Source of the DNA: Bacillales bacterium
Lineage (GTDB): Bacteria > Bacillota > Bacilli > JARBTR01
Direction: 5' to 3'
DNA: 54,066 nt
Assembly (NCBI GenBank): GCA_031554215.1
Contig: JAVBKF010000036.1
Coordinates: forward strand, 1 to 54,066
Part shown: positions 28,104 through 42,619 of the stretch, in pieces
Layout: each line of letters starts with the position of its first letter
Numbering within the stretch: the stretch's first letter is position 1
Notes under the pieces: generated by a model
Told to the model about the DNA's origin: nothing
The model's input: only the letters and a program-made list of their open reading frames with translations
Database searches by the model: none
Made by a program: the position numbers and the translations under genes

Positions 28104-29273
28104 ATGAATAATCAAATGAGGCGTTACCTAAAGGGGTTACTAGTATTTTCAATGTTATTTGTTGTTACAGGTTGTAGTGACGATGAGCCAGAAAAACCAA
28201 AAGTAAAGAAACGAAGTGGCGATTACAAAATTTCTGAATTAACAACTGTGCCTGGAGATACAATTCCAGCTACCGAAGTGGCAATTCCGGCTGAATTTCA
28301 AGGATTCACGGATATGAAGATGGAAAGAATTGCTGATCAATACTATTTGGGATTGAATTATTCGGCATCGGCACCATATTGCAAAGTTGTTAGCTATGAT
28401 AAGACGACAGGGGCTTTCAAGGAGATCGTTCAAAAGGATGGCGTGTTAAATACACTTGAGTCAGACGGGAACAATCTTTTCTTCCTTTATACGATTGCAG
28501 GTACAAATGAAGAGTTTGCTCGAATAAGCAGCGATACAGGGGATGTCATTGATATTCCTTTAGAAGGGGACTCAGTCGATGATACCCATGCCACTGCAAA
28601 AAACGGCACAGTGATGACGATGTCAAGAATACCTGGTGGAGTGAAGGAAGTAAAGACATATGATAGCAATACACTGGCGTTGATTTCACAATATAGTGAG
28701 CAAGATGAGGAATATCTTGAGGTTGAAAGAGTGCTGCTGAATTATCATCTGAACTACAACGATACTAAGAAAATTTCAAAAGCGACAAAGGCGTATCCTT
28801 ATTACGAAGTATTGAATATAGAAACTGGCGATCCGGATGATACAGAACTGATTAATGCACCGTCACTTGTGAGGAATGAGGATAATCTCGAAGGGCAAGC
28901 ACAAATTCTGAACGAAGATCAGGCGATGCTCGAGGAAATTCAATTTACTACAGAAGAAGGCATGCAAAATGAAGGGTATATCACTGATTTAGAAGAGAAA
29001 TTGGTTTTCCCGAATCCAGTGTCAGTCGATCAATTAATCACCAATGAAACCTACTTCATTGGACAGAACACGGCTAATAAGGACACTGAAGTTCACTATT
29101 TAGCGCTTTATGAATATGAAGAGAAAGAATTAATTGAACATCCAGTTGAAGAGATGAAAGTAGATGGCGTGAAGCCAGGAAATGTTTTCTTTGACGGAAG
29201 CTTTGCTTGTTATTCACCAACTTCTTTGATTCTAATCACTGAGCTGCCAGTGACTACAGGCGTTAAAGAGTAG
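28104..29273 (+). CDS. Hypothetical lipoprotein
   Basis: The signal peptide carries the lipobox FVVTGC (MNNQMRRYLKGLLVFSMLFVVTGCSDD). It is 389 aa and acidic, and I recognise no family. Confidence 0.7.
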   Translation: MNNQMRRYLKGLLVFSMLFVVTGCSDDEPEKPKVKKRSGDYKISELTTVPGDTIPATEVAIPAEFQGFTDMKMERIADQYYLGLNYSASAPYCKVVSYDKTTGAFKEIVQKDGVLNTLESDGNNLFFLYTIAGTNEEFARISSDTGDVIDIPLEGDSVDDTHATAKNGTVMTMSRIPGGVKEVKTYDSNTLALISQYSEQDEEYLEVERVLLNYHLNYNDTKKISKATKAYPYYEVLNIETGDPDDTELINAPSLVRNEDNLEGQAQILNEDQAMLEEIQFTTEEGMQNEGYITDLEEKLVFPNPVSVDQLITNETYFIGQNTANKDTEVHYLALYEYEEKELIEHPVEEMKVDGVKPGNVFFDGSFACYSPTSLILITELPVTTGVKE

Positions 29274-29359
29274 AATAGTTCTGCCCGAACGGAGCGGTTT
29301 GTGGTGGACAGATGGCTTGATTTCTGGCCCATTGTCAAATAGGGCTGAGAGATAAATGA

Positions 29360-29395
29360 GTTCGATCAATGCATCATGTTGATCGAGCTTTTTTT
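29360..29395 (+). terminator. Rho-independent terminator of the lipoprotein gene
   Basis: GTTCGATCAA (29360-29369) / TTGATCGAGC (29379-29388), followed by T7. Confidence 0.7.
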
Positions 29396-29396
29396 A

Positions 29397-29603
29397 TCAA
29401 GATGGGTAAATAAGCCATCCGCTAATCTTGAAAACTACGTTTGTTCTTGTTTTGCGCTCAGTAATGGTTAGAAGGGCTTCGTCACCTAAATTTTTCTCAA
29501 TGACTGAATCAATTTCCCAGTGGCCAAATTCTTCTCTTGACGCAATCTCAAGTGGTCTTTCAGATATGTTTTTATTAGTACTTTTTTGTTTTTGCGTATA
29601 CAA
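29397..29603 (-). mobile_element. IS30-family transposase remnant (internal fragment only)
   Basis: ISERPLEIASREEFGHWEIDSVIEKNLGDEALLTITERKTRTNVVFKI matches the start of the IS30 DDE domain (ERP...GHWE.D.V...ER.TR). There is an in-frame stop just upstream, the similarity is lost after KI, and there are no HTH region or terminal repeats. Confidence 0.65.
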
Positions 29604-29887
29604 GATTTCTTCGTATTCATCGCAACTTTAAAAGATAATTTCTTGCATCGAATTTCTTATCGCTCTGAAGGCATCTATTTTTCATCGCTCAGTTAATGTT
29701 AGGTGTTTAAACATCGTTTGTTAGTGGTAATATGTGTATGAGACATTGATAAATCTCGTGTCGATTATTTTTAACGAATAAAATCAGAACTAAAGCGTTA
29801 CTACTAGGGCGTTTATTGCCTACGTAGTCACGCTTTAGTTATCAATATGCTAGGGTGATACATATTTCTTTACCCTGCAAAGGTCGG

Positions 29888-29926
29888 CGAAAAGGCCAGT
29901 AGAAAAGTCTAACTTCTCTACTGGCC
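29888..29926 (-). terminator. Rho-independent terminator of eno
   Basis: GGCCAGTAGA (29894-29903) / TCTACTGGCC (29917-29926). TTTTCG follows on the minus strand. Confidence 0.65.
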
Positions 29927-29951
29927 TTTCATTGCTGCTAGTTTGATACCA

Positions 29952-31277
<1,326 letters not shown>

Positions 31278-31395
31278 TTAGTATCATGTTTACTCATTTT
31301 CATCGTAAACGCAAAATGCAAAAGCTTACCTAAACAAGTATAACCTAAATGACGCAATATTGGTCATCTGTTTTCAATTTTTTTATGAATAGCAT

Positions 31396-33712
<2,317 letters not shown>

Positions 33713-33819
33713 TTAGTGTGAATACAAGCCGATTTTCTAGCTTGTATTCACCTTTATCGTTTCTAGTATAAAAGCATAAGACTATTCTATTAAATCAATC
33801 TTCATTTTTTCCTAACAGG

Positions 33820-34998
33820 TTACTTATCATTTAAAGCAACAACGCCAGGCAATACTTTGCCTTCCATGAATTCAAGCGAAGCGCCGCCACCAGTTGAAAT
33901 ATGGCTCATTTGATCCGCAAGGTGGAACTTTTCCACAGCAGCAGCAGAATCGCCGCCACCGATAATTGAATAAGCATCAGAAGCAGCTAAGCTCTCAGCA
34001 ACTGCTTTAGTACCGCCTGCAAATTTATCAAATTCAAATACACCCATTGGACCATTCCAAACAACGAGCTTTGATGATTTAATGGCATCAGCATAAAGTG
34101 CTGCCGTTTTTGGGCCGATATCTAGTGACATCCAATCTGCTGGGATCTGATCAATCTCAACGATTTTTGATTCAACGTTTTCACCAAACTCAGGTGCAAT
34201 GACAGCATCAATTGGCATAAGGAAGTTGACGCCATTTTTCTTCGCTTTTTCCATAAAACTTTTCGCGAGTTCAATTTTGTCTTCTTCAAGTAGTGATGTT
34301 CCGATTTCATGCCCCTGTGCTTTGATGAACGTATAAGCAAGTCCCCCGCCAATGATTAAAGTGTCGACCTTATCAAGCAAGTGGTCGATGACACCAATCT
34401 TATCTTTCACCTTTGCGCCACCAACGATAGCAGTGAAAGGACGCTCAGGTGTTGAAAGTGCTTTACCAAGAACCTCAAGTTCTTTCTCCATTAGTAAACC
34501 AGCTACTGCAGGAACACACTTTGCAATTCCTTCTGTTGAAGCATGCGCACGGTGGGCAGCACCAAACGCATCGTTGACAAAAATATCAGCAAGACTAGCA
34601 AATTGCGATGCAAGTGTTGCATCATTTTTTTCTTCTCCAGGATAAAAGCGAACATTCTCTAGTAAAAGGACATCGCCTTCTGCTAACTGATTAGAAAGTC
34701 GTACACTTTGTGCTAGATCAGCGTTACCAAATGTAACTGGCCTGTTTAGTAAAGTCTCTAGGCGACTTGCAACTGGTGCTAGTGTAAATTCCATGTTGAC
34801 AGTTCCCTTAGGACGTCCAAGGTGACTCGCTAAAATAATTTTTGCCCCTTTTTCAATTAGAAATTGAATTGTTGGTAGGGCAGCGACGATTCTAGTTTCA
34901 TCAGAAATGTTGCCATCTTGCATTGGTACATTGAAATCGACACGACAAAACACGCGTTTCCCTTTTACGTCGATATCACGAATTGACTGCTTATTCAA
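33820..34998 (-). CDS. pgk: Phosphoglycerate kinase
   Basis: RVDFNVP...ASHLGRPKG...GGGDSAAA motifs. The TTG start at 34998 lies 8 nt after AGGAGG. Confidence 0.95.
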   Translation of the reverse strand: MNKQSIRDIDVKGKRVFCRVDFNVPMQDGNISDETRIVAALPTIQFLIEKGAKIILASHLGRPKGTVNMEFTLAPVASRLETLLNRPVTFGNADLAQSVRLSNQLAEGDVLLLENVRFYPGEEKNDATLASQFASLADIFVNDAFGAAHRAHASTEGIAKCVPAVAGLLMEKELEVLGKALSTPERPFTAIVGGAKVKDKIGVIDHLLDKVDTLIIGGGLAYTFIKAQGHEIGTSLLEEDKIELAKSFMEKAKKNGVNFLMPIDAVIAPEFGENVESKIVEIDQIPADWMSLDIGPKTAALYADAIKSSKLVVWNGPMGVFEFDKFAGGTKAVAESLAASDAYSIIGGGDSAAAVEKFHLADQMSHISTGGGASLEFMEGKVLPGVVALNDK

Positions 34999-35351
34999 AT
35001 CTTTTGCCTCCTTAGGAAATAGTTTTAAAGCATATTTTCGAGCATAGAAACCCCGTTACAATTCAAGAAATAAATCATTCCGAGCCATATGCATAGCATT
35101 TTTGAAACTAGTTTTTTACGCTATACTCAAAATTGATATGTAATATACCGCCTTCTATTATACCCATATTCAAGGGAAAAATCAGCAACATTTCATAAGT
35201 TGATTTTAAAATTTAGTACGATAAGGTTTTCAGGTTTGTACGCGCGAGGATTTAGCGCGGCTTTGCCCGGAACAAGATGATTTGTACCGTGGTTATATTT
35301 TAAAATAATAAATGCGTGATAGCGATCGTAGTGGCGTGTAACCATTGAATG

Positions 35352-35390
35352 GAAGAAAGGACAATGCAGCTGGTATTAACTGCATTGTCC
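35352..35390 (-). terminator. Rho-independent terminator of the prpBCD operon
   Basis: GGACAATGCAG (35359-35369) / CTGCATTGTCC (35380-35390). TTTCTTC follows on the minus strand. Confidence 0.6.
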
Positions 35391-35452
35391 CTCTTTGATC
35401 GTGCGGTATAGTGTCAATTCTTTCTGCATGGCCGCTCGGTACGAGCCAATTA

Positions 35453-36889
35453 TCAAATCATGAATAAATTAACAAATTCACAGACTGGAATGGATTCCAA
35501 AACCATTTGATCATCACAAAGTGCCTCAATTAAATTCGCCTGTTTACTAGGGAAGTAGGTCAGATTATCCTTGAATTTCTGCTCTAGAAGCGGAATCCCT
35601 TCTTCTCGGCGGCGTTTGTGACCAACAGGATAAGCCACTTCAATCAAATCAGAAATGGTTCCATCTAGAAAAAACACCTGCACCGCATTCGCGATTGAGC
35701 GTTTCTTTGGATCAAGATAGTCCTTTGAGTAGAGACGATTCTCTATTACAATTATTTTCTCACGCAAGTGATCAATTTGCGGGTTAGAGGCCACGTTATC
35801 TTCGTAATGATCTGCCGTTAGCTCACCATAAATCAGTCCAACTGCAGTCATATATTGCAAACAATGATCACGATCTGCTGGGTTATGGAGCGGTCCTTTC
35901 TTATCAATAATTCGGATAGCCGATTCATGTGTCGTTATAACAATTCGATCAATTTCACCTAACCGGTCCCGGACGACAGGATGTAATTGAAACGCACACT
36001 CCACAGCCGTCTGCGCGTGAAACTCGGCTGGGAAAGCAATTTTGAACAGAATGTTTTCCATCACATATGTACCATATGGACGCTTTAGTTTCAATTCATT
36101 CCCGCCGAAAAGCGCATCATAGAAGCCCCATGTTTTTTCTGTCAGAGCGGTCGGGTAGCTCATTTCACCACTTTGCGCGATGAGTGCAAGACGAACGGCC
36201 CGGCTTGTTGCATCACCGGCTGCCCATGATTTACGCGTGCCTGTATTCGGAGCATGCCGATAGGTGCGCAGTGCAGCGCCATCAATCCAAGCATTGGAAA
36301 CGGCACTCGTCATCTCCGCTTTCGTGAGACCCAGTAAATGTGACACTACAGCAGTTGAAGCGATTTTCACAAGCAGAACATGGTCAAGTCCAACGCGGTT
36401 AAAGCTATTTTCCAACGCCAAAACCCCTTGAATTTCATGTGCTTTAATCATTGCTTCAAGGACATCACGCATCGTCAGTGGTGGCTCACCTTTAGCAACT
36501 TGCTGCCTGCTAACATAATCGGCAACGGCAAGAATCCCGCCCAGATTATCCGATGGATGCCCCCATTCAGCAGCAAGCCAAGTATCATTATAATCAAGCC
36601 AGCGAATCATCGTACCAATATTGAAAGCTGCTGTAACGGGGTCGAGTTGATAAGTGGTACCAGGTACTTTAGCACCATTTTTCACTGTCGTTCCGGGCAC
36701 AATTGGTCCGAGTAGCTTGGTACATGCTGGGTAGCGGAGGGCAAGGAGACCGCAGCCAAGTGTATCCATTAAACAATATCGAGCCGTTTCTAACGCTTCA
36801 GGCTGGTCGACAACAAAGTCAGTCACATAATTGACAATGTCAACTATGACTTGATCTGGACCGGTTCTACCATCTGTAGTTGTGTTCAT
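35453..36889 (-). CDS. prpD: 2-methylcitrate dehydratase (PrpD/MmgE family)
   Basis: 478 aa from ATG 36889, which lies 7 nt after GGAGG. MmgE/PrpD family sequence runs throughout. It is the last gene of the prpB-prpC-prpD unit. Confidence 0.85.
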   Translation of the reverse strand: MNTTTDGRTGPDQVIVDIVNYVTDFVVDQPEALETARYCLMDTLGCGLLALRYPACTKLLGPIVPGTTVKNGAKVPGTTYQLDPVTAAFNIGTMIRWLDYNDTWLAAEWGHPSDNLGGILAVADYVSRQQVAKGEPPLTMRDVLEAMIKAHEIQGVLALENSFNRVGLDHVLLVKIASTAVVSHLLGLTKAEMTSAVSNAWIDGAALRTYRHAPNTGTRKSWAAGDATSRAVRLALIAQSGEMSYPTALTEKTWGFYDALFGGNELKLKRPYGTYVMENILFKIAFPAEFHAQTAVECAFQLHPVVRDRLGEIDRIVITTHESAIRIIDKKGPLHNPADRDHCLQYMTAVGLIYGELTADHYEDNVASNPQIDHLREKIIVIENRLYSKDYLDPKKRSIANAVQVFFLDGTISDLIEVAYPVGHKRRREEGIPLLEQKFKDNLTYFPSKQANLIEALCDDQMVLESIPVCEFVNLFMI

Positions 36890-36922
36890 TCTATTTCCTC
36901 CTTCCTCCAAATGAATAAAATA

Positions 36923-38038
36923 TTATGTGCGTTGTTCAATCGGAACCCATCCGGCTGGATCAGGTCCGGTATAATCTGCATTAGGGCGAATGAGCTTGTT
37001 ATTGGCACGTTGCTCAATAATATGTGCTGCCCATCCGGCTGTTCGTGAAATGACAAAAATTGGCGTAAACAACTTGGTTGGAATGCCAAGTAAGTGGTAG
37101 GCAGAAGCCGAATAGAAATCAAGATTTGGGAATAACTTCTTATCCGTCCACATCTTCTTTTCAATTGCTTCAGAGATGTTGAATAAAGTAAGGTCCCCTG
37201 CTGCTACAGATAGTCTATGTGACCAAGATTTAATGATATCTGATCGTGGATCGGTCGCCTTATAGACACGGTGTCCAAAACCCATAATGAGCTCTTTCGC
37301 TTCTAGGCACTTCGCTATACCTCGTTCTGCTTCCTCAGGGGTTTGGAATTGGGCAATTAAATCCATTGCCGCTTCATTTGCACCGCCATGTAAGTGCCCA
37401 CGTAGCGTTCCAATCCCAGAGGTAATCGCCGAATAAAAATCAGACAAAGTAGCAGCAGTAACCCGCGCAGCAAATGTCGATGCATTAAACTCATGTTCCG
37501 CGTATAAAGTGAGCGAAACATCCATGCAATGTTCATGTAAGACGCTTGGTTTTTCATGATGTAACAAATGGAGGAAATGAGCAGCAACACTGTTATCATC
37601 CGTTTTCGTCTCAATCCGGTTGCCGTTGTGATGAAAATGGTACCAGTAAAGAAGCATTGAGCTGTAGCTGGCGATTAAACGCTCAGCAATCGCTTGCTGC
37701 TGTGCTATATCACGCTCTGGTTCGAGCGTCCCAAGAAAAGAGCAACCAGTTCTTAATACATCCATTGGATGCGTTGTAGCAGGCATACCTTCGAGTACCC
37801 TCCGAATTTCAGGCGGTAAGTGACGACTTGATTTCAATCTCTGTTTGAAAAGTTCGAGTGCACTAGGGTTAGGCAGTTGCCCGTAAAGTAGTAAGTAAGC
37901 CGTTTCCTCGAAACAGCCATATGTCGTGAGATCATCGACCGAATACCCCCGGTAATGTAGTCCTTTTCCAGCCTTTCCAACTGCCGAAATCGCAGTCTGT
38001 CCAGCTGTAATTCCCGCAAGCCCACCAGATTTACTCAT
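36923..38038 (-). CDS. prpC: 2-methylcitrate synthase / citrate synthase family (PrpC/MmgD)
   Basis: MSKSGGLAGITAGQTAIS...GFGHRVY... gives 371 aa. The ORF-track N-terminal extension has no SD. Confidence 0.85.
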   Translation of the reverse strand: MSKSGGLAGITAGQTAISAVGKAGKGLHYRGYSVDDLTTYGCFEETAYLLLYGQLPNPSALELFKQRLKSSRHLPPEIRRVLEGMPATTHPMDVLRTGCSFLGTLEPERDIAQQQAIAERLIASYSSMLLYWYHFHHNGNRIETKTDDNSVAAHFLHLLHHEKPSVLHEHCMDVSLTLYAEHEFNASTFAARVTAATLSDFYSAITSGIGTLRGHLHGGANEAAMDLIAQFQTPEEAERGIAKCLEAKELIMGFGHRVYKATDPRSDIIKSWSHRLSVAAGDLTLFNISEAIEKKMWTDKKLFPNLDFYSASAYHLLGIPTKLFTPIFVISRTAGWAAHIIEQRANNKLIRPNADYTGPDPAGWVPIEQRT

Positions 38039-38216
38039 ATGAAAACAGCTCCTTTTAGATGATTTCAATGCGCTGAATAATCGATTCCTAATCGCAAGAA
38101 AATAGGCTGTCTTACAATAAAATGATTCACAGATATGTTGCATCAGGATGACAATGCCGGCATAAAAATTTGGTTTAAGGTCTTACCTTTGTTGATGCTA
38201 TCGCTTGATTTTCTCC

Positions 38217-39113
38217 TCAGAAATGGGTATCTGTTTGGTTTGTAAGAAGCTGATCGAGTTTCTGCTCATAATCATGATAATGAAGAAAGTCGTAGAGCGC
38301 GTCGCGTGTTTGCATCATCGAAATCATCGATTGCTGCGAACCTGTACTTTGTATCGCCTGATAAACCGCTAGTGCAGCAGCATTCATTGCTCGAAAGGCT
38401 GAGAGTGGGTAGAGTGCCATCTGAACACCACAACTTGCTAATTGGTCTTTTGTAAATAAAGGTGTTCGTCCAAATTCAGTGATATTGGCCAGAATAGGCA
38501 CCTTTACTGCTTCAGAAATGGCCTTGTATTGGTCTAACGCTGTCACCGCTTCAGCAAAAATCATGTCTGCCCCAGCCTCAACATAAGCACATGCTCTCTC
38601 TATAGCACCTGACAAACCCTCGGTTGCCAGTGCGTCTGTCCTCGCCATAATCACAAAATCGGGATCTGTTCTTGCATCAACTGCTGCTTTAATGCGGTCA
38701 ACCATTTCAGCCTGAGAGGTAATCATTTTATTGGGACGATGACCACAGCGTTTTTCCGCTACTTGATCCTCGATATGAACTGCGGCAGCACCAGCATGAG
38801 TCATTTGCTGAATTGTTCGTGTGATTGAAAATGTACTGCCAAAGCCTGTATCAATATCGACGAGCACAGGTAAGGCGGTCGCTGAGGTAATACGCTGAAC
38901 ATCACTGACAACCTCACTTAGCGTTGTAATCCCTAGATCAGGAAGGCCAAAAGATGCATTGGCAACACCAGCCCCAGAAACATAAAGCGATTTAAATCCA
39001 GTGCGTTCAGCCATCAGTGCCGTGTAGGCGTTAATCGTTCCGACAATTTGTAAGGGGCGCTCCTTAGTCAGTGCCGCGCGAAATCTGTTGCCAGGTGAAT
39101 CTTGTTGATGCAT
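38217..39113 (-). CDS. prpB: Methylisocitrate lyase (PrpB/YqiQ)
   Basis: ICL/PEPM family motifs ([16 protein letters not shown]). ATG 39113 lies 7 nt after GGAG, giving 298 aa. Confidence 0.85.
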   Translation of the reverse strand: MHQQDSPGNRFRAALTKERPLQIVGTINAYTALMAERTGFKSLYVSGAGVANASFGLPDLGITTLSEVVSDVQRITSATALPVLVDIDTGFGSTFSITRTIQQMTHAGAAAVHIEDQVAEKRCGHRPNKMITSQAEMVDRIKAAVDARTDPDFVIMARTDALATEGLSGAIERACAYVEAGADMIFAEAVTALDQYKAISEAVKVPILANITEFGRTPLFTKDQLASCGVQMALYPLSAFRAMNAAALAVYQAIQSTGSQQSMISMMQTRDALYDFLHYHDYEQKLDQLLTNQTDTHF

Positions 39114-39359
39114 GGTTTTCCTCCATTCTTGGTACGACCAACTGCTCATCCCTATCATTTATATGCATAAGCAATTTTTTAACACCAAAAAGTCTTTTAC
39201 CGCTCAGTTTCGTGCGTGTTTATAGCGCTAGGTAGCCAGTGATTTAAGTCAAAGAGAAGCGTAATGTATCATGATGATTTCAATCAGCGCGCATGAATTT
39301 TTAGTGTTCATCGACATAAAGTAGCAGTAGTAGAACTGGCTTTACAGGAGGGAAAGACG

Positions 39360-40541
39360 ATGGGTAAATCGGTTATTGTCAGCGCAGCACGGACACCATT
39401 TGCTAAGTTTGGTGGTGCGCTAAAAGACTATTCGGCGACGGATTTAGGTGCAATTGCGATACAAGAAGCATTGCTACGTTCTGGTGTCGATAATCGTCAT
39501 GTGGATGAAGTACTGATGGGAATGGTGCTCCAAGCGGGTAGCGGGCAAATTCCCTCAAGACAAGCAGCGATGAAAGCAGGTCTCGGCTGGTGTGTTCATA
39601 CTGAAACAATTAATAAGGTATGCGCATCAGGACTTCGCGCTGTCACGTTAGCTGATCAAATCATTCGTGCTGGCGATGCAGAAGTAATTGTAGCAGGCGG
39701 AATGGAAAGCATGTCAAATGCGCCATATGCGATAAAAACAGCACGCTTTGGTACCCGAATGGGAGATGCCACGCTGCTAGACCTCATGATTCATGACGGG
39801 CTAACTTGTGCTTTTGATCAGGTTCATATGGCGGTTCACGGCAGTCGTGTTGCTGAAGAATTTGCGGTAACAAGAGCTGAGCAGGATGCGTGGGCGCTGC
39901 GAAGCCAATTGCGTGCTGCCGCCGCCATCACAGAAGGGAAACTGACGGCGGAAATCGTACCAGTCACGTTGCAGGAACGAAATGGTATGACTCAAGTAAT
40001 TGATCAAGATGAACCTCCTCGTCCAGATACGAGCGCTGAGAAACTAGCTGCGCTGGCCCCGATTATGACTAAATCCGGCACAATAACAGCAGGGAATGCA
40101 CCGGGAGTCAATGATGGTGCTGGCGCATTTGTTGTCATGTCTGAGGAGAAAGCTTTAGCCTTGGGTACTAGACCGCTCGCAACGATACTGGCACATGTGG
40201 CGGTCGGTGAAAGCGCACCCTATTTGGCAACGGCACCAGGTCATGCGATTAATCAGTTGCTTCAGAAAACAGGGTTTCATCGTTCAGATATTGATTTGGT
40301 TGAAATCAACGAAGCATTTGCATCCGTTGTGCTCACGAGTGCTACACTTGCGGAAATTGATCACGAGAAAATCAATGTGAATGGTGGTGCGATTGCGTTC
40401 GGTCATCCGATTGGTGCTAGCGGAGCCCGAATCCTGATGACCTTGATTTACGAATTAAAGCGCCGGGGCGGAGGACTGGGGATTGCGGCCATTTGTAGTG
40501 GCGGTGGTCAAGGAGATGCAGTGCTTGTACAAGTACATTGA
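39360..40541 (+). CDS. mmgA: Acetyl-CoA C-acetyltransferase (thiolase II)
   Basis: Active-site [11 protein letters not shown], a C-terminal [21 protein letters not shown] and a CSGGGQG motif; 393 aa. Confidence 0.9.
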   Translation: MGKSVIVSAARTPFAKFGGALKDYSATDLGAIAIQEALLRSGVDNRHVDEVLMGMVLQAGSGQIPSRQAAMKAGLGWCVHTETINKVCASGLRAVTLADQIIRAGDAEVIVAGGMESMSNAPYAIKTARFGTRMGDATLLDLMIHDGLTCAFDQVHMAVHGSRVAEEFAVTRAEQDAWALRSQLRAAAAITEGKLTAEIVPVTLQERNGMTQVIDQDEPPRPDTSAEKLAALAPIMTKSGTITAGNAPGVNDGAGAFVVMSEEKALALGTRPLATILAHVAVGESAPYLATAPGHAINQLLQKTGFHRSDIDLVEINEAFASVVLTSATLAEIDHEKINVNGGAIAFGHPIGASGARILMTLIYELKRRGGGLGIAAICSGGGQGDAVLVQVH

Positions 40542-40603
40542 TGCTGAGGGATCAGCATTTGTTTAAATAAGCACGCCCTTTTGCGTGGCTAAGGAGAAGC
40601 GAA

Positions 40604-41455
40604 ATGATTCTGAGAAAAGTAATGGTGATTGGTGCAGGGCAAATGGGATCAGGCATTGCCCAAGTTTTTAGCACAGCGGGGTACGAAGTGGTTCTTCATG
40701 ACCTGAAGCAAAGTTCTGCCGAGAAAGGCTTGTCGGTAATCAGCAAAAACTTACAGCGTGACGAGGAGAAAGGACGAAAAACTGCTGCCGAAATGAAGGC
40801 AATTATCGGTCGTATTACAGTTTCAACGAGCCTTGAATCTGCTAGTGATGCTGATATCGTGATTGAAGCGGTCGTTGAAAAATTGTCCGTTAAACTAGCA
40901 TTGTTTAAACAGCTCGATCTGATTTGCCCAGCAGATGCCATTCTTGCAAGTAATACATCATCGTTGTCGATTACAGAGATTGCAGCAGTTACGAGTAGAC
41001 CAGATAAAGTCATCGGCATGCACTTTATGAACCCTGTACCTGTCATGAAGCTAGTCGAGGTAGTCCGCGGGCTATCAACCTCGGATCAGACGTATACTGC
41101 TATAGAAGGGCTTGCGGAGAAACTAGGGAAAGTGTCCGTTGTAGTGAATGACTTTCCGGGCTTTGTGTCAAATCGTGTGCTATTGCCAATGATTAATGAA
41201 GCCATTTACTGTGTTTACGAAGGCGTCGCAACCCCCGAATCAATTGACGAGGTGATGAAACTCGGAATGAATCACCCGATGGGACCACTTGCACTTGCTG
41301 ATTTCATTGGTCTTGATACCTGTCTTTACATAATGGAAGTTTTGCATGAGGGATTAGGTGACTCAAAGTATCGTCCATGTCCTTTGCTACGGAAATATGT
41401 AAAAGCAGGCTGGTTAGGTAAAAAGAGGGGACGTGGTTTCTACGTCTATCACTGA
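40604..41455 (+). CDS. mmgB: 3-hydroxybutyryl-CoA dehydrogenase
   Basis: Rossmann motif VIGAGQMGSGIAQ; 283 aa; HBD family. AAGGAG lies 7 nt upstream. Confidence 0.9.
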   Translation: MILRKVMVIGAGQMGSGIAQVFSTAGYEVVLHDLKQSSAEKGLSVISKNLQRDEEKGRKTAAEMKAIIGRITVSTSLESASDADIVIEAVVEKLSVKLALFKQLDLICPADAILASNTSSLSITEIAAVTSRPDKVIGMHFMNPVPVMKLVEVVRGLSTSDQTYTAIEGLAEKLGKVSVVVNDFPGFVSNRVLLPMINEAIYCVYEGVATPESIDEVMKLGMNHPMGPLALADFIGLDTCLYIMEVLHEGLGDSKYRPCPLLRKYVKAGWLGKKRGRGFYVYH

Positions 41456-42587
41456 ATTTACTGAAGAACAGCAGAGAATTCGTCAGTATGTTTGGTCATT
41501 TGCACGAAAAGAAATTGCACCATTTGTTGAAACGATGGAACGCCAGGATCAATTCCCTAGCAGCATTATTCAAAAAATGGGTGAACATGGTTTGATGGGG
41601 CTACCAATCGAGCCGCGTTGGGGCGGTGCAGGTGCTGATTTTGTTTCTTACATCTTAGCCATTCAGGAAATTTCTAAGGTCAGTGCAACGATTGGTGTGA
41701 TTCTATCTGTGCATACTTCAGTGGGGACGAATCCGATTCTCTATTTTGGGACTGAAGCACAGAAAACGCACTTCCTTCCCAAACTAACAGCAGGGAAATA
41801 TCTCGGTGCCTTTGCACTGACGGAGCCGAGTTCAGGGTCACATGCTGCTAGTATCCGTACCACTGCCGTCAGAAACGGAGATCATTTCATTCTGAACGGA
41901 AGTAAAATTTTTATCACCAATGCTGGTGTGGCTGATCTTTATATCACTTTTGCTGTGACTAACTCAGCAAAGGGGACACATGGGATTTCAGCTTTTATCG
42001 TTGAAAAGGATACGCCCGGCTTCATCATTGGGAAGAAAGCAAAGAAAATGGGGCTGCACGGGTCCAATACATCTGAACTGTTTTTTGAAAACGCAGTGGT
42101 TCCTGTGCGACATTTACTCGGACAGGAGGGGGATGGTTTCAAAATTGCGATGGCAAACCTTGATCGCGGCAGAATTGGGATTGCTGCTCAGAGCATAGGC
42201 ATTGCAGAAGCGGCTTATGAGTATGCGTTGTCTATTGCTAAAATAAAGCAGCAATACACGGCGATTGGCTCACTCAGTCAAGTGGTCGCTTTCAAATTAG
42301 CTGATATGGCGACTGAACTGGAAGCAGCAAAGTTGCTAGTTTATCGGGCAGCAGGTTATTGTAGCGAGGGACTCCCTTGCGCAATAGAAGCGTCGATGTC
42401 AAAGCGGTTTGCGAGTGATTTGGCAATGAAAATAACTGTAGAGGCAATGGAGATTGCTGGTGAATTGAGCATGAGTAAGGACTATCCACTGGAACGTTAT
42501 TTTCGTGATGCCAAAGTGACCCAGATTTATGAGGGAACCAATGAGATACAGCGTTTGGTCATCGCCAAGCACTTATTACAAAGCTAG
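41433..42587 (+). CDS. mmgC: Acyl-CoA dehydrogenase (short-chain type)
   Basis: ACAD family sequence throughout (FTEEQ..., [17 protein letters not shown]). The start is uncertain: GTG 41433 lies only 2 nt after GAGGGG and overlaps the hbd 3' end by 23 nt. Confidence 0.85.
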   Translation: MVSTSITEFTEEQQRIRQYVWSFARKEIAPFVETMERQDQFPSSIIQKMGEHGLMGLPIEPRWGGAGADFVSYILAIQEISKVSATIGVILSVHTSVGTNPILYFGTEAQKTHFLPKLTAGKYLGAFALTEPSSGSHAASIRTTAVRNGDHFILNGSKIFITNAGVADLYITFAVTNSAKGTHGISAFIVEKDTPGFIIGKKAKKMGLHGSNTSELFFENAVVPVRHLLGQEGDGFKIAMANLDRGRIGIAAQSIGIAEAAYEYALSIAKIKQQYTAIGSLSQVVAFKLADMATELEAAKLLVYRAAGYCSEGLPCAIEASMSKRFASDLAMKITVEAMEIAGELSMSKDYPLERYFRDAKVTQIYEGTNEIQRLVIAKHLLQS

Positions 42588-42619
42588 CGTGAATTTAAAA
42601 TTTCTAGGGAGTTGAAACG

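Noticed and set aside
39114-39359. cre box or sigma-E promoter in the prpB / thiolase divergent region
   Set aside because: The best candidates (TTATAGCGCTAGGT as cre; CATGAAT...CATAAAGT as sigma-E) miss several invariant positions or have off spacing. I cannot support them without a matrix scan.
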